Part shown: positions 15,748 through 25,271 of the stretch, in pieces
Numbering within the stretch: position 1 is the stretch's first letter
How the letters are laid out: the number at the start of each line of letters is the position of its first letter
IMG/VR virus record: IMGVR_UViG_3300037790_000007
Coordinates: 1 to 41,989 of that record
Source of the DNA: a virus
Lineage: Duplodnaviria > Caudoviricetes
DNA length: 41,989 bases
Reading direction: 5' to 3' (one strand)
The notes under the pieces: generated by a model
Told to the model about the DNA's origin: nothing
The model's input: the letters and a program-made list of their open reading frames with translations, nothing else
Database searches by the model: none
Program-made: the position numbers and the translations under genes

Positions 15748-16076
15748 TGGTCGCGGCCCTCTAACAATGTTTGTTTAGCTTCTTCGAGCCTTGCGATCAT
15801 TACGTCGATCGACCGGGTATTCTCAAACACTAAATATATTTTTTCCAAGTCGGGTAAGTGGTTAACGTGGTCGGCCGCTTCGCCTTTAAAAGTGCCATAC
15901 GGTTCCGTCTCGTCACCGTCCCGGCATATTTGGACGCCCGCCCGATCGACTTGCTCGGGTGTTTCTTGCGGACCCCACCCCACCGTCGAGATCCGGGTGA
16001 GGCCGTCGCCAAACAGCGCATAAGTTGAGGCGACATTGTCGTCGCCTACGATTACCTTTTGAATGCCATAGTTCAT
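15744..16076 (-). CDS. hypothetical protein
   Basis: 110-aa ORF with GGAG RBS downstream of the primase. Confidence 0.65.
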   Translation of the reverse strand: MNYGIQKVIVGDDNVASTYALFGDGLTRISTVGWGPQETPEQVDRAGVQICRDGDETEPYGTFKGEAADHVNHLPDLEKIYLVFENTRSIDVMIARLEEAKQTLLEGRDQ

Positions 16077-16090
16077 TGCGTTTCTTGCTC

Positions 16091-18532
16091 CTATTTGTTG
16101 AAAGCGGCGGCCGTTCTAGGCGTCCCGTTTTCGTCTTTCATGGTTAAACCTTTGAACCCGCGCAGTACTTCGCCGTTTATGCGGTGCACCCCGTAGGTAA
16201 CGCCACGGCCGCGCGTCGCGTCTTTAATGTCTGATACTAGTTGACGCCTGGTAAGTAGGCGGTCTTCGCCCTCACCAAGCGCCCAATTACGGTAATGCTC
16301 GAAAAGGTCAGTTGAACTTGATACGAACTCGCCGCCGAGCTGCAGCTGTGTGTCTATGTACTGCTTGATCGGGCTGATCTGCTCACTCATTTGGTTGTGT
16401 TCTTCCATGCTCGCCGCCGGTTGTGTGAAGCGCCCTTTTTGATTGAGCCGCATAAGGCCCGCGAGCGCCCAGTTGGCGATCCCCTCTATTTCACCGGCTA
16501 ACTTATCAAACAGGTAAAGGTCCTCGCGGCCGTAGAACGTTTTATATAACGGTAAGAGCATAATACGGCCCGCTAGTGCGCCCGAGTCGTCGAAAAGCTT
16601 CGGTAAGTGGTTTCCGGCCAGTGTGAAACGCGTCGGCAAGTACAAGCTTAATGATTGCTTATACAGGCGCGGGATCGTGATCCTATCGTTACCGCTAATC
16701 GTTTTCAGTTTTTTGGTTATGGCCTCGGCGCCGTTCTTAAACGTCTTTTGTATATCGCCGTCATACATCACCGTCTTAGTCGGTAGTGTCTCAAGGTGCT
16801 TACTGTCTAATAGGTCGGATATGTCCGCGCCGGCGAAGTTTTCGTCGCCGACCAGGCGGTTCAATATGCGCCCAATCGTACCTTTACCCGAGCGCGGCGG
16901 CCCTAAGATGAACATAATTTTTTGGTGCCTATAGTCGGCCGTCATCATGTAGCCGAACCACTCCTGCAGCAGATCCATGAGCTCAACGTCGCCGTCCATA
17001 ATGTCGTATAGGAAGTCTAACCACGTAGGGCACCCGGCGTTCGGGTTATAGTTGTACGGTAAAATGTTAGTCGTGAATAAGCGCTTATCGTGCGGGTATA
17101 GCTCAAGCGTGTTTATATTCAGTACGCCGTTTTGCATGATAACCAATTCTTTCGGGACGTCGCCGAGTACCAGGTCTTCGCGGTACGTGAGCGCTTCTAA
17201 CAGTGAGTACGTGCCGGAGATAGTCGAGTTTTGCGGGCTAGTCGGTGCCAGTTCTAACGCTATCTTATGTCGTACCGCGTCGTCGCTAAGTTCTACCCAG
17301 GCGCGGCCGTCGAACGCGTACCATATTTCTAGGACCCGGACCAGGGTCGCATCCGGGAACTTTTCGTCCAGGAATAGGATCGCGTTTTGTGAATGGTTCT
17401 TACCGTATAAGCCGCTTAAGTTATCTTCACCCTTAACGCCGATCATGTTTTCGAGTGTGGCGTCAAGTTCTTTAGTAAGTAGGCCGTCTTCCTTTAGTTG
17501 GCGACGCAGTAACGCGCCAAGCATAGCACGCTGTAAAGCCGAGCCGTCGAGGCGTTGGATCATAGCGACCACGTTCGCCGCTTGCTTAGGGTCGCCGCCT
17601 ATCGCTTGAATTTCATCGATGGCCGCTTCGTACTCTTCCGACGACGCGCCGCCAGGACCGAACGCTGCAGCCGTGTCGAATTTACGCGGCGGGACCCAGC
17701 CACCCTGTACGGCCATGTGATAGACCGTGCCGATGGTTACTTCGCGCCCGCGCTTACTTGTTTTAAAACTAGACCATTGATCCAGTTGCGTCTCGGCGTT
17801 GTACGAGTCGGGGCACCCGTCCGGCCAGTACTCGCCACGGCTCCACGCGTCGAAGATCTGGAAGCCCGCGTCGGGGTCGTCGTGGTAGTAGTTGCGTAAG
17901 CCAAGGCCCACGGTTAGCCAGTCCGCGCGCGCCGTTGGGTCGACGTAGCGAAGCGCACTTATTAGGCTTTCTTCGTCGCGGGTGGTAGGGTCCGGCAGCG
18001 GCGCCGGTTGGAGTGGTGCGCGGTCAACCGTTACGATCGGGGTGCCGCGTGGGAACTCAGGCAACGCCGCCGTATTGCACAGCGCGTAGGGGCCGAAGTT
18101 TCCCGCGTGCGGGTATAGCTCACCCGAACAGATGAAACCCGTTCCCGCTGTCCTAGTGTCGAAGCCGGTGACCCAGTCGCTACGCTGATGAAGATTTTCA
18201 GACGTCTTGAACGCATAGTGCGCGCCGCCGCTCGGGGTCCGCTGTATCAGGGCGGCTTCCCAGGGTAAGCGAACGCCCAGGAACGCCTCGACGTCGGCCC
18301 GTGTTACGCCTTTTTGTGTGTCTAGGTCCAGCACTACTACCCCGGCCGGAATGGCGATCCCGATCGTGGTCGTGTTCCAGTTTAGGCGCGGGTCGTTCGG
18401 GTCGACCGTTTGCCAGTTGGTGCCTTTCGGTATCGCCGGCCCTTTTTCGTATTTGTTCTTTTGTGGGTTGTGTCGAATCCAGCAAGGGAAGACTTGAACG
18501 CCCGCATTAATTAGCGCGCTCGTAATTTGCAT
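16091..18532 (-). CDS. primase-polymerase / PriCT-2 / D5-like SF3 helicase fusion
   Basis: VVVLDLD, QRTPSGGAHYAF, FDTRT (Prim-Pol); DWLTVGLGL...FDAWS...WSSF...TIGTVYHMA (PriCT-2); NGVLNI, FFTN-like LFTTNILP, Walker A GPPRSGKGT, LAGNHLP. Confidence 0.92.
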   Translation of the reverse strand: MQITSALINAGVQVFPCWIRHNPQKNKYEKGPAIPKGTNWQTVDPNDPRLNWNTTTIGIAIPAGVVVLDLDTQKGVTRADVEAFLGVRLPWEAALIQRTPSGGAHYAFKTSENLHQRSDWVTGFDTRTAGTGFICSGELYPHAGNFGPYALCNTAALPEFPRGTPIVTVDRAPLQPAPLPDPTTRDEESLISALRYVDPTARADWLTVGLGLRNYYHDDPDAGFQIFDAWSRGEYWPDGCPDSYNAETQLDQWSSFKTSKRGREVTIGTVYHMAVQGGWVPPRKFDTAAAFGPGGASSEEYEAAIDEIQAIGGDPKQAANVVAMIQRLDGSALQRAMLGALLRRQLKEDGLLTKELDATLENMIGVKGEDNLSGLYGKNHSQNAILFLDEKFPDATLVRVLEIWYAFDGRAWVELSDDAVRHKIALELAPTSPQNSTISGTYSLLEALTYREDLVLGDVPKELVIMQNGVLNINTLELYPHDKRLFTTNILPYNYNPNAGCPTWLDFLYDIMDGDVELMDLLQEWFGYMMTADYRHQKIMFILGPPRSGKGTIGRILNRLVGDENFAGADISDLLDSKHLETLPTKTVMYDGDIQKTFKNGAEAITKKLKTISGNDRITIPRLYKQSLSLYLPTRFTLAGNHLPKLFDDSGALAGRIMLLPLYKTFYGREDLYLFDKLAGEIEGIANWALAGLMRLNQKGRFTQPAASMEEHNQMSEQISPIKQYIDTQLQLGGEFVSSSTDLFEHYRNWALGEGEDRLLTRRQLVSDIKDATRGRGVTYGVHRINGEVLRGFKGLTMKDENGTPRTAAAFNK

Positions 18533-18696
18533 AACTGATCCTTTTCAATGCGCAGTAAACGAGAGCCGTTAACCGGCTTTTTTGCTTCTAGTTTGCCGCT
18601 ATCGATCCAGCGGTAGACCGTCCGGCGCGTAACTTTTAACGTTTTCGCCACCTCGGCCGGGGTATAGTATGCCATGCCCGTGTCTCTTCTTGTCAT
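18511..18696 (-). CDS. HTH_17/MerR-like small DNA-binding protein
   Basis: YYTPAEVAKTLKVTRRTVYRWIDSGKLEA; start may be ATG 18675. Confidence 0.8.
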   Translation of the reverse strand: MTRRDTGMAYYTPAEVAKTLKVTRRTVYRWIDSGKLEAKKPVNGSRLLRIEKDQLCKLRAR

Positions 18697-18707
18697 ATGT
18701 GCCGTCT

Positions 18708-18736
18708 ACATTACGCCTTTAGTATTAAGCCGTCAA
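18708..18736 (-). promoter_or_regulatory. sigma70-like promoter of the HTH/primase operon
   Basis: - strand TTGACG-17-TAATGT. Confidence 0.65.
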
Positions 18737-18759
18737 CCACTCTTTTTCAGTACGTACTT

Positions 18760-18975
18760 AACCGTGTTACGCTTCGGGTAACGTTACAGCTACGCTTCTC
18801 GAATTGCTTCCAGCCCACGGCTGGCGGGGGATGTAACGCTGTAACACTTCTTTCTCTTTCCTAAAAAAGAAAAAAAGAAAGGATAGTAATAGTATATAGA
18901 GGGGGAGGTTAAATAGGGGGGAGAGAATAGTATATAGGTTAGGATAGCTAGTGTAACGTTACAAGCGTAACACCT
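18760..18975. other. putative replication origin (iteron-like GTAAC/GTTAC repeats around a purine-skewed core)
   Basis: Eight GTAAC/GTTAC pentamers, two GTAACGTTAC palindromes, AATAGTATATAG twice, A- and G-runs; intergenic next to the primase-helicase. Confidence 0.55.
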
Positions 18976-19003
18976 TGATCGCCGGGTCTCACTGGCATAT
19001 AGT
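18975..19003 (+). promoter_or_regulatory. sigma70-like promoter for the rightward arm
   Basis: TTGATC-17-TATAGT, then AGGAG RBS and ATG 19034. Confidence 0.65.
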
Positions 19004-19033
19004 ACGCACTGACCAAACAGGAGAAACAACGCA

Positions 19034-19471
19034 ATGAGAAACGCGACCATTAAAGCGGGCGACAAAGCGGGGGCGGCTACGGTGATCACTTATGTCGACG
19101 CGCTCAACGTCCTAGTTGAATTCGACGAGACGAAGAACAGGCAGTGGACCACCGCGCACCGTTTTCGAAAACAAACCGTTACGGACGATAAGAAGAAAAC
19201 CGAAGAGGCGATACACCGTATCAAACGCGACGCAATGTTCGCCGTCGATAAACTCGAACTAGAACTGCACGAACGCGCACAGACGGCAGAACGCAAAGCA
19301 TACATAGCGGCCGGACTGGACCCGAGGATCAAACCAGGTGCAACAGTAAAGCGCGGACAATGGCCTCAGTTGCTCACCGTGATAAGCGCAACGCCAGGAC
19401 AGTTAGTAAGCGTCAGCGACGGCGACAAGGTGCTCAACGTACGCCCGGAAGTACTAAAGGTGATTGAATGA
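19034..19471 (+). CDS. hypothetical protein
   Basis: 145 aa, good RBS. Confidence 0.7.
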   Translation: MRNATIKAGDKAGAATVITYVDALNVLVEFDETKNRQWTTAHRFRKQTVTDDKKKTEEAIHRIKRDAMFAVDKLELELHERAQTAERKAYIAAGLDPRIKPGATVKRGQWPQLLTVISATPGQLVSVSDGDKVLNVRPEVLKVIE

Positions 19472-19656
19472 ACTTACAAGACTTAAGAGACAAAAAGCTA
19501 GAACTTGAAACGAAGATCAGCCAGGCGATCTATGAAGTCATTGCGGAAGAAAGCATGGCGCCAGAGACGATCAACGTAAGTATTATGAAAAATCGAACCC
19601 TATCAGGCGAAGAGGCCGTATCGGCCGTTTATGTAGACGTGAGTTACGACCTATGA
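19468..19656 (+). CDS. hypothetical protein
   Basis: 62 aa, ATGA overlap. Confidence 0.6.
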   Translation: MNLQDLRDKKLELETKISQAIYEVIAEESMAPETINVSIMKNRTLSGEEAVSAVYVDVSYDL

Positions 19657-19814
19657 GAGCGTATCAGAAACAGAACAAAAAGCGGCGCACGCTTCCCCGA
19701 TTGCCGACCGGCTATCTATCGTATCAAGAGTACGTACTTTTAGAGCGAGCGGCAGAAAAGCACGGCAGCAAGAAAGCGGCCATTGTTGCGGGATTGCGGG
19801 CGCTAGATCTTTGA
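19653..19814 (+). CDS. hypothetical basic 53-aa protein, possibly DNA-binding (not in ORF track)
   Basis: MRAYQKQNKKRRTLPRLPTGYLSYQEYVLLERAAEKHGSKKAAIVAGLRALDL; ATGA overlap. Confidence 0.55.
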   Translation: MRAYQKQNKKRRTLPRLPTGYLSYQEYVLLERAAEKHGSKKAAIVAGLRALDL

Positions 19815-19822
19815 AGCATAAT
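19794..19822 (+). promoter_or_regulatory. possible promoter upstream of the terminase genes
   Basis: TTGCGG-17-CATAAT. Confidence 0.35.
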
Positions 19823-19852
19823 CGTTAAAACAAAAAGGGGGAATTCGGAACC

Positions 19853-20374
19853 ATGACACAGAAAGGCCGCACCACGCCCCACCAGCGCAGCGAGAAGACC
19901 GCCAAGGCGATCCGGGCTATGCTGGCGGATGGTCTGAAAATGGAAGCCGTAAAACGTTACACAGGGCTTTCATTCAATACGCTTAAGAAGCACTACGGAA
20001 AAGAATTCGAATCCGCGAACCTTAAGCCGGGAAAGCCGGAGCATAAGCCGACGGGCCGAAGCCGAATGTTAGTGAAGTTTATGAAGATGAACGGCGAGAC
20101 GAACGAGAAGATCGCCAAGGCCCTTGAACTTTCCACCAGCACACTAACGACCCACTACGAAGAAGAACTGAACCACGCCGGCGATCAACTCAACGCCGAG
20201 ATAGCCGCCGGCCTGGCGAAGAACGCTATTAACGGCGATAAGATCGCTCAAATCGTTTGGCTGAAAATGTTCGCCGGACGCTATGAAGCCAAGGCACCGA
20301 ACGACAACGCCGGGGCCGCCGACGATATGGCCGCCGCACTGGCTAAACTGGCGGAGGGATTGCCGGGTGGCTGA
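19853..20374 (+). CDS. terS: terminase small subunit (tandem HTH)
   Basis: Two HTH-like repeats (GLSFNTLKKHYGKEF, ELSTSTLTTHYEEEL), GDKIAQIVWLK; directly upstream of TerL. Confidence 0.75.
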   Translation: MTQKGRTTPHQRSEKTAKAIRAMLADGLKMEAVKRYTGLSFNTLKKHYGKEFESANLKPGKPEHKPTGRSRMLVKFMKMNGETNEKIAKALELSTSTLTTHYEEELNHAGDQLNAEIAAGLAKNAINGDKIAQIVWLKMFAGRYEAKAPNDNAGAADDMAAALAKLAEGLPGG

Positions 20375-21698
20375 ATTACCGCTGCAGTTAGTTCGGGCGC
20401 GCGAACGGTGGTACGATCTGATCGACGTCCCGGAACAAATAGCGCTTATTAACGCCGTCGCCGAGGGTGTTCGTTTTCCATGTGTCCCGGCGGGTCGTCG
20501 TAGTGGAAAAACCGAACGCTTTAAACGCTTTCTTGCTAAACAGGCCATGAAGAACCCCGGCGAGCGGTACTTCGCCGCAGCGCCCACCCGCGATCAGGCT
20601 AAAAAAATATTCTGGCAAGATCTGAAAATGCTCACATTCGCAACCGTGCCCGGATTGGGTCACAAAATCAGCGAAACCGAATTGATCATAACGCTACCCA
20701 ACGCCACAGAAGTTCATGTTTTAGGACTCGACAAACCAGAACGGATCGAGGGGGTCGTGTGGACGGGTGGCGGCATTGACGAGATCGCCGACGTTAAGAA
20801 AGAGGCGCTACACGTTAACGTTATGCCCGCATTAGATACCGTCGACCCGCGCCGCCCCGATTACCGGGCGTGGTGTTGGTTTCTTGGGGTGCCGGACGGC
20901 CTAAACCATTACTATACGTTGTGTGAATACGCCCGGACGAGCGGCGATCCGACATACGGGCTTTACCACTGGAAAAGTTCGGCCGTGTTGCCGCCGGACA
21001 TACTCGAAAGCCGTAAACGCTCAATGAGTAAAAAACAGTTTCGCCAAGAATTCGAGGCCAGCTTCGAGACGGCAACCGGGAGGATCTACGAGGAGTTCGG
21101 CGATCACAATCTTACCGACCGCGAACTGCAGAGCCACGAGGCGATCCACTGGGCGCACGATCAGAACTTCACGCCCTTGTCGTCGTCGATCAGCGTCGTC
21201 GAGGGTCACAATATGTTTATCGTCGGGGAAATTGTCTTAGAGTCGGCCGTGTCGTCTCAGTCCGCCGAAGAATTCGTAGAGCGATACCGCGATCACCGTA
21301 ACAAAATGGTTTATATTTACGGCGACCCGGCAGGGCGAGCGGGCGAGAAGCACGGCCATAAGTCGGACTATAATCAGATCGAAGACGTGCTACGGCGCGA
21401 GGGCTGGCGATTCGAACGACGCGTAAGCCTTGCGCACCCGGCGATCAAGGACAGACAGAACGCGGTAAGGGCTAAGATCCTAAACGCCGCCGATGAAACA
21501 AGCCTGTTCGTAAATAAAGACGCCGCGCCGTGGTGTTACGAGGGCTTAAATACGGTACAGTTGCAAAAAGGTTCGACGTTCATGGAAGACCAGAAGAACC
21601 AGTACCAACACATTACGACAGCGATCGGTTATCAAGTCGCGAAAATTTGGCCGGTTGAACGCGGAACAATGGCCGCCGCGCCGCCTCGGAGGGCTTAA
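20367..21698 (+). CDS. terL: terminase large subunit
   Basis: AGRRSGKT, AAPTRDQAK, IDE Walker B, FRQEFEASF, nuclease domain HDQNF and YGDPAG. Start GTG 20367 after GGAGG. Confidence 0.93.
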   Translation: MAELPLQLVRARERWYDLIDVPEQIALINAVAEGVRFPCVPAGRRSGKTERFKRFLAKQAMKNPGERYFAAAPTRDQAKKIFWQDLKMLTFATVPGLGHKISETELIITLPNATEVHVLGLDKPERIEGVVWTGGGIDEIADVKKEALHVNVMPALDTVDPRRPDYRAWCWFLGVPDGLNHYYTLCEYARTSGDPTYGLYHWKSSAVLPPDILESRKRSMSKKQFRQEFEASFETATGRIYEEFGDHNLTDRELQSHEAIHWAHDQNFTPLSSSISVVEGHNMFIVGEIVLESAVSSQSAEEFVERYRDHRNKMVYIYGDPAGRAGEKHGHKSDYNQIEDVLRREGWRFERRVSLAHPAIKDRQNAVRAKILNAADETSLFVNKDAAPWCYEGLNTVQLQKGSTFMEDQKNQYQHITTAIGYQVAKIWPVERGTMAAAPPRRA

Positions 21699-21701
21699 GC
21701 A

Positions 21702-22001
21702 ATGGACAACGTTATCAGCATCGACGCGAACAAGCCGCACTTAAGCGGCCCGGCGCGGTGCCTATCATGCCGCCACGAATGGCACGCGGTCGCAGTAGCG
21801 GGCAGCGAGAAAAGCGTAGGCGGCCTAGAATGCCCGTCGTGTAGTCTGAATAAGGGCGAGTTTGTACACAACGCGGCACCGACCGACAGCACCCTGATTT
21901 TTCAATGCAATTGCGGGTATGATATGTTTTTCATAACGCTTGACGGCGTCTTTTGTCCGGGTTGCGGCGCGAGACATAACGCGGGGGATCTATGGAATTA
22001 G
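21702..22001 (+). CDS. Cys-rich Zn-ribbon protein
   Basis: CLSC, CPSC, CNC, CPGC in 99 aa. Confidence 0.7.
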   Translation: MDNVISIDANKPHLSGPARCLSCRHEWHAVAVAGSEKSVGGLECPSCSLNKGEFVHNAAPTDSTLIFQCNCGYDMFFITLDGVFCPGCGARHNAGDLWN

Positions 22002-23053
22002 AAATACTCGACGATACGATCCGCCGTGAACTCGCACTGCAGCGGTTCGCGTCGTTTCTTGTCCGCCAGTATATACGGCCAACGGCGCAAGAATTGGCGC
22101 TCGAAATACCGCGCGCGCTCGCCGGTTATGAGGACTTACCACGCGCGGAGCAATTCAAAGTATTTGCCAAGCTGAAGCGGCTAGTCCGGGAGCGCTGGAA
22201 AGCCATGTGGGATCCGATAACCGGGCAGCTTGGCGACGTGGCGATCCAAGAACTCGAATACATGGCCGACTTGTACGACGACGTGATCGCCGGTGTTCGC
22301 AATCCGGGCGGGCGGGTCGTGGTGCCCGAAATGGTACTGGGTGACGGCAACTTGATCCGGGCGGGTAAGTGGGCCGAATTTATCGCCGGTAACGCCGACG
22401 AAACGGCGCAACGCATCGACGGCCGTATTAAACGTATGTGGCGAGACGGCGGAACGCTTAACGATATTCTCTACCAGTTGCGCGGCAAGTATAACCGCCG
22501 CACCAAAGCGTACGAGGGCGGGATCATTGAGGGCCAAGTCAAAAAGGCGACGACGCTCGCCCGTACCGGCGTATCACATTACACCGCAGCGGCGCGGGAT
22601 AAGTTCGCCAACGCTAACCGCGAATACATTAGCGATCGGATATTTTTCGCGACCCTAGACGGCTCGACGACGGACATTTGCCTCGGCAACCACTTAAACC
22701 GCTACCCGATAACGAGCGACGAATACCCGCGTTTACCGTTGCATTACAACGAACGATCGGTATACATTTTCGCCGGGAAAGGGTTCGACCCGCTCGACGG
22801 TGATCGGCCCTCTAAAGGTGCCAACGGGGCGGAAGAAATCAGCGCCAAGACCACGGCGGCGGCATGGCTTAAACGCCAGCCGCGCGAATGGGTGGAACGC
22901 CAGCTAGGCAAGACCCGCGCCGCGTTATTTCTCGACGGCGGGCTACCGCTTAACAAATTTTTGGACGCGGCTAACGTACCGCTAACACTCGAACAACTAG
23001 CCGAAACAATACCCGGCCAGCGGGCGTTCCGCCGGGCTAACTTAGGACTTTAA
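21992..23053 (+). CDS. head morphogenesis / minor capsid protein (SPP1 gp7-like)
   Basis: ATTLART, FFATLDGSTTDIC, LPLHYNERS, WLKRQP...LGKTRAALF. Confidence 0.85.
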   Translation: MELEILDDTIRRELALQRFASFLVRQYIRPTAQELALEIPRALAGYEDLPRAEQFKVFAKLKRLVRERWKAMWDPITGQLGDVAIQELEYMADLYDDVIAGVRNPGGRVVVPEMVLGDGNLIRAGKWAEFIAGNADETAQRIDGRIKRMWRDGGTLNDILYQLRGKYNRRTKAYEGGIIEGQVKKATTLARTGVSHYTAAARDKFANANREYISDRIFFATLDGSTTDICLGNHLNRYPITSDEYPRLPLHYNERSVYIFAGKGFDPLDGDRPSKGANGAEEISAKTTAAAWLKRQPREWVERQLGKTRAALFLDGGLPLNKFLDAANVPLTLEQLAETIPGQRAFRRANLGL

Positions 23054-23056
23054 ACA

Positions 23057-24526
23057 ATGGCAAATGATAAAGGTATTACGAAGCCGTGCGCCGCTTACAA
23101 CGTGGCGGCCGCGCAAGTTAAACAGGTGCGCGACACCCTAAACGGTGAAGTTGTGATCCGCGACCCGGAAAACATCGACACCCACCTGCCCGACCCGTTC
23201 CCGCACTTGACCGAGGACGACGACAAAACGGCGCGCCTCAGACGATACCGGGCAAATGCTGAATTTGACGAGGTGGTCGGCAACACGGGAGAAAGCCTAG
23301 TAGGTGCCATGTTCCGAAAGCGCTTAACGTTTGAAGACATACCGGCCGGGCTGGAATACCTCGTAGACGACGCGGACGGCGACGGCGCAGGGCTAGAAGA
23401 AACGGCGAAAAGTATCGCGCTCGAACAGTTCGGTTTTAACTTTGTTGCCGGGCTCGCCGAGTTCTCGGATCTCGCCTCTATGGACTTAGACGCCAAGACG
23501 CTAACCCGCGCCAAGGCACGCGAAGCCGGGTTACGGGCGTTTATTAAAATCTACCCGCGCGAAGCCGTGATCGATTGGAATTTTAGACGGATCAACAAGA
23601 CCAGACAGCTAGACTACATCGTCCTAAAAGAACAGGACGAGACGCGCGACGAGGGGGACAACTTCGCAGTAACGAAGCGCGACAGTTATTTGGTGTTATA
23701 CCTCGACGGCGAGGGCGTTTATACGCAGATCCGCTACACCGTGAACCAGAAAACCGGCGGCAGTTGGTCGGATCCGTTTCAGCCTCAAATGCGCGGCGCT
23801 AAAATGAAGTATATCCCGCTGGAATTCGCGATCGCCTCGCCGTCGCTACGGGAAGACCTACCGAAAAAACTCGGCTACCTATCCGGGATCGCGTCTAAGG
23901 TACTGGCACGTTTTCGCGCCTCGGGCGACTACAAGGAATGTCTATGGCTTAACGGCGCGCCCATGACCAGTTCTAGCGGGTGGGACACTCACGCGCACGA
24001 ACAATACCAGAAAATGACCGGGTTACGACACGTACCGAGCGGGCCGGGCGCTCACTTCATGCGACCCGCTGGCATTGAGTACGAGATCCACGCGTGGAAC
24101 GCCGGACAGTCGGCATACGCGGACTACTTAAGCCGCAACGAGCGAGAGATCCGCGCACTGGGCGGCGTATTCGATACGACCGACGGCGACCCGGAGACAG
24201 CCAAGGCCGCAGCGATTAAGCACGCGGAAAAAACCGGCGTACTCGCAGCCGTAGCGGACAGCACAGAGAAAATGCTCAACAAACTGATCATGTATTGCGG
24301 AATGTTCCAAGGCATTCAGGCACCGGCCGACGTGGTGAAAATACCGCGCGACTTTATTCAGTCGAAGATCACACCGCAGGAACGAAACGCGATACTAAAC
24401 GAGCGCGACGCGGGACTTTATGACGACGAAGAAGCGTTGAAACAGCTTAAGCAGGGCGGCGCGTTGGTTGGAGAGGTTGACGACTTGCGCGAACGCATGA
24501 ATAATACACAAAACGGCGGATCGTAG
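23057..24526 (+). CDS. portal protein (DUF4055-like)
   Basis: 489 aa, position before scaffold and capsid; RYRANAEF, LVGAMFRK, YPREAVIDW, ETAKAAAI. Confidence 0.8.
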   Translation: MANDKGITKPCAAYNVAAAQVKQVRDTLNGEVVIRDPENIDTHLPDPFPHLTEDDDKTARLRRYRANAEFDEVVGNTGESLVGAMFRKRLTFEDIPAGLEYLVDDADGDGAGLEETAKSIALEQFGFNFVAGLAEFSDLASMDLDAKTLTRAKAREAGLRAFIKIYPREAVIDWNFRRINKTRQLDYIVLKEQDETRDEGDNFAVTKRDSYLVLYLDGEGVYTQIRYTVNQKTGGSWSDPFQPQMRGAKMKYIPLEFAIASPSLREDLPKKLGYLSGIASKVLARFRASGDYKECLWLNGAPMTSSSGWDTHAHEQYQKMTGLRHVPSGPGAHFMRPAGIEYEIHAWNAGQSAYADYLSRNEREIRALGGVFDTTDGDPETAKAAAIKHAEKTGVLAAVADSTEKMLNKLIMYCGMFQGIQAPADVVKIPRDFIQSKITPQERNAILNERDAGLYDDEEALKQLKQGGALVGEVDDLRERMNNTQNGGS

Positions 24527-24563
24527 GTTACGGCCGCCCTAACTACCACGCGAGGTTCGCACA

Positions 24564-25256
24564 ATGAAATTGAAGTATAAAAGCAAGGACGAGATCCCGG
24601 CAGACGTCGCCGAGTTTTTCGTAGAGTTCGAGGAAAACGGATCCACCGTTTACGTTCATAAGGAATTAGCCGACACGTTGCGCGACACATTCCGCACTAA
24701 GGGCGATTTGACCGAAGCGCAAACAAAACTTAATGAACTAGGTGGGACGGTTAAGAAGTTAAAACAGTCGCTAGAAGACCGCGAACTCGACGACAAAAAG
24801 GATCAAGGCAAGTATAAGGAGATAGCCGACGACTGGGAAAAGCGTTACAACGCGGACACCGAAAAGCTACGGAAAGAGGTCGACGACCTTAAAAACGAAA
24901 GCCGCCAGAGCGTTAAGAAAGCGGCGATCGCCAGAATGTCGGCGCACGGTACGGAAGAAACACGATCAGTCCTTGCGCGCGTGGTAGGGCTTGATCTAGA
25001 CTTTAACGAAGACGGCGAACTAATCGTGCTTGAAGACGGCAAAGCCACCAGCTTAAGCCTAGACGAGTACGAGAAGACGATCGCCGATCGCTATCCCTCG
25101 TTAGTTGCGGAGGTTCCGAGCAACGGCGGAGACGCGAAAGGATCGAAAGGCGGGTCGCCGGGATCGAAAAAATGGGCTGATTACACATCAGCCGAATTGT
25201 CGGATATTCGCAAGAGTAACCCGGCGCAATATGAACAGCTTAAAGCAACCCGCTAA
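24564..25256 (+). CDS. capsid scaffolding protein
   Basis: Charged coiled coil, Gly-rich linker, C-terminal helix; directly upstream of the capsid gene. Confidence 0.75.
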   Translation: MKLKYKSKDEIPADVAEFFVEFEENGSTVYVHKELADTLRDTFRTKGDLTEAQTKLNELGGTVKKLKQSLEDRELDDKKDQGKYKEIADDWEKRYNADTEKLRKEVDDLKNESRQSVKKAAIARMSAHGTEETRSVLARVVGLDLDFNEDGELIVLEDGKATSLSLDEYEKTIADRYPSLVAEVPSNGGDAKGSKGGSPGSKKWADYTSAELSDIRKSNPAQYEQLKATR

Positions 25257-25271
25257 ACAGGAGCATGAAAA

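Noticed and set aside
18511-18696. Excisionase implying a prophage
   Set aside because: HTH_17 proteins commonly precede phage primases; no integrase, att site or host flanks were seen.
18790-19089. 99-aa hydrophobic minus-strand ORF
   Set aside because: Product of the low-complexity purine tract in the putative origin (YYYY, FFFSF); overlaps a promoter and a better gene.
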